Of a stretch of DNA of 64,000 nt, positions 63,818 through 64,000 are shown piece by piece. Position 1 is the stretch's first letter. Every line of letters starts with the position of its first letter. A model generated the notes under the pieces. The model was not told the DNA's origin. It worked only from the letters and a program-made list of their open reading frames with translations, and did no database searches. A program made the translations under genes and the position numbers. Source of the stretch: an uncultured Bdellovibrionales bacterium (lineage in GTDB: Bacteria > Bdellovibrionota > Bdellovibrionia > Bdellovibrionales > JAMPXM01); NCBI GenBank assembly GCA_964405465.1, contig CAYONZ010000015.1, positions 3,721 to 67,720 of the forward strand, written 5' to 3'.

Positions 63818-64000
63818 TCACATCGGAATTTGACCGAGCTGTCGAGCCTTCGCCCTTTCTTTGACTCGCTCCTTGTCACCAGCGCGATTGAGCTTCTCAA
63901 GCATATGGTCAACAATGTCGGCAAGTGCCTTGTACAAATTTGAATCAGACTTAGTGACAACAATGCCACGAAACCGACCATTCGAAACATGAAACTTTAC
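63818..64000 (-). CDS. ribosome hibernation factor (RaiA/HPF family), 3' part; the 5' end lies beyond the window
   Basis: My own translation of the minus strand gives VKFHVSNGRFRGIVVTKSDSNLYKALADIVDHMLEKLNRAGDKERVKERAKARQLGQIPM-stop, which matches the HPF C-terminal beta-strand and helix. This frame is not in the ORF track because it has no start codon inside the window. Confidence 0.6.
   Translation of the reverse strand, partial: VKFHVSNGRFRGIVVTKSDSNLYKALADIVDHMLEKLNRAGDKERVKERAKARQLGQIPM

Noticed and set aside
63784-63990. The 68-aa minus-strand track ORF.
   Set aside because: A different minus-strand frame over the same DNA encodes a clear HPF/RaiA C-terminus that runs off the window edge. 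The track ORF is a shadow frame.

Overview
This 64 kb window looks like core chromosome from a flagellated Gram-negative bacterium that makes menaquinone. The gene content is reminiscent of Bdellovibrio-like organisms, but that is only a guess. I can support about 57 CDSs, one tRNA-Leu(CAG) and one apparent pseudogene. They include two tandem flagellin genes and a split menaquinone pathway: menF-menD-menH at 6.6-10.2 kb, ubiE/menG at 11.2 kb, and menB-menA-menC-menE at 50.1-54.5 kb. Shikimate genes are present too: a DAHP synthase, aroB and an aroK-aroD-aroE fusion. Also present are dppABC, ung, ohr, ubiB, rnr, thiBPQ, nth, elbB, ddl, nadE, several GNAT, methyltransferase and MFS genes, and a block of secreted hypothetical proteins at 54.5-59.5 kb. 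The most unusual signal is not a gene. The non-palindromic 10-mer GGGGACGGAG (complement CTCCGTCCCC) occurs 27 times exactly and 5 more times with one mismatch, where about 0.1 occurrences are expected. About 25 of the 32 copies lie inside ordinary conserved CDSs, in all three reading frames and both orientations. Three pairs form inverted doublets and one copy builds a rho-independent terminator. All copies but one doublet lie in 24.7-50.4 kb, about 1 per kb, and are densest next to a lone RAYT / IS200-like HUH tyrosine transposase gene at 35.2-36.0 kb. The preferred strand flips near 43-45 kb. The density, intragenic tolerance and terminator doublets resemble the DNA uptake sequences of Neisseria and Haemophilus. 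The adjacent RAYT suggests a REP/REPIN-like alternative, and the strand flip suggests a Chi/KOPS-like polar word. I cannot distinguish these from one window. Secondary observations include an ECF sigma gene split by an in-frame TAG, a diiron-oxidase plus N-acyl-synthase-like pair, and CsrA-type GGA hairpins in the flagellin leaders.
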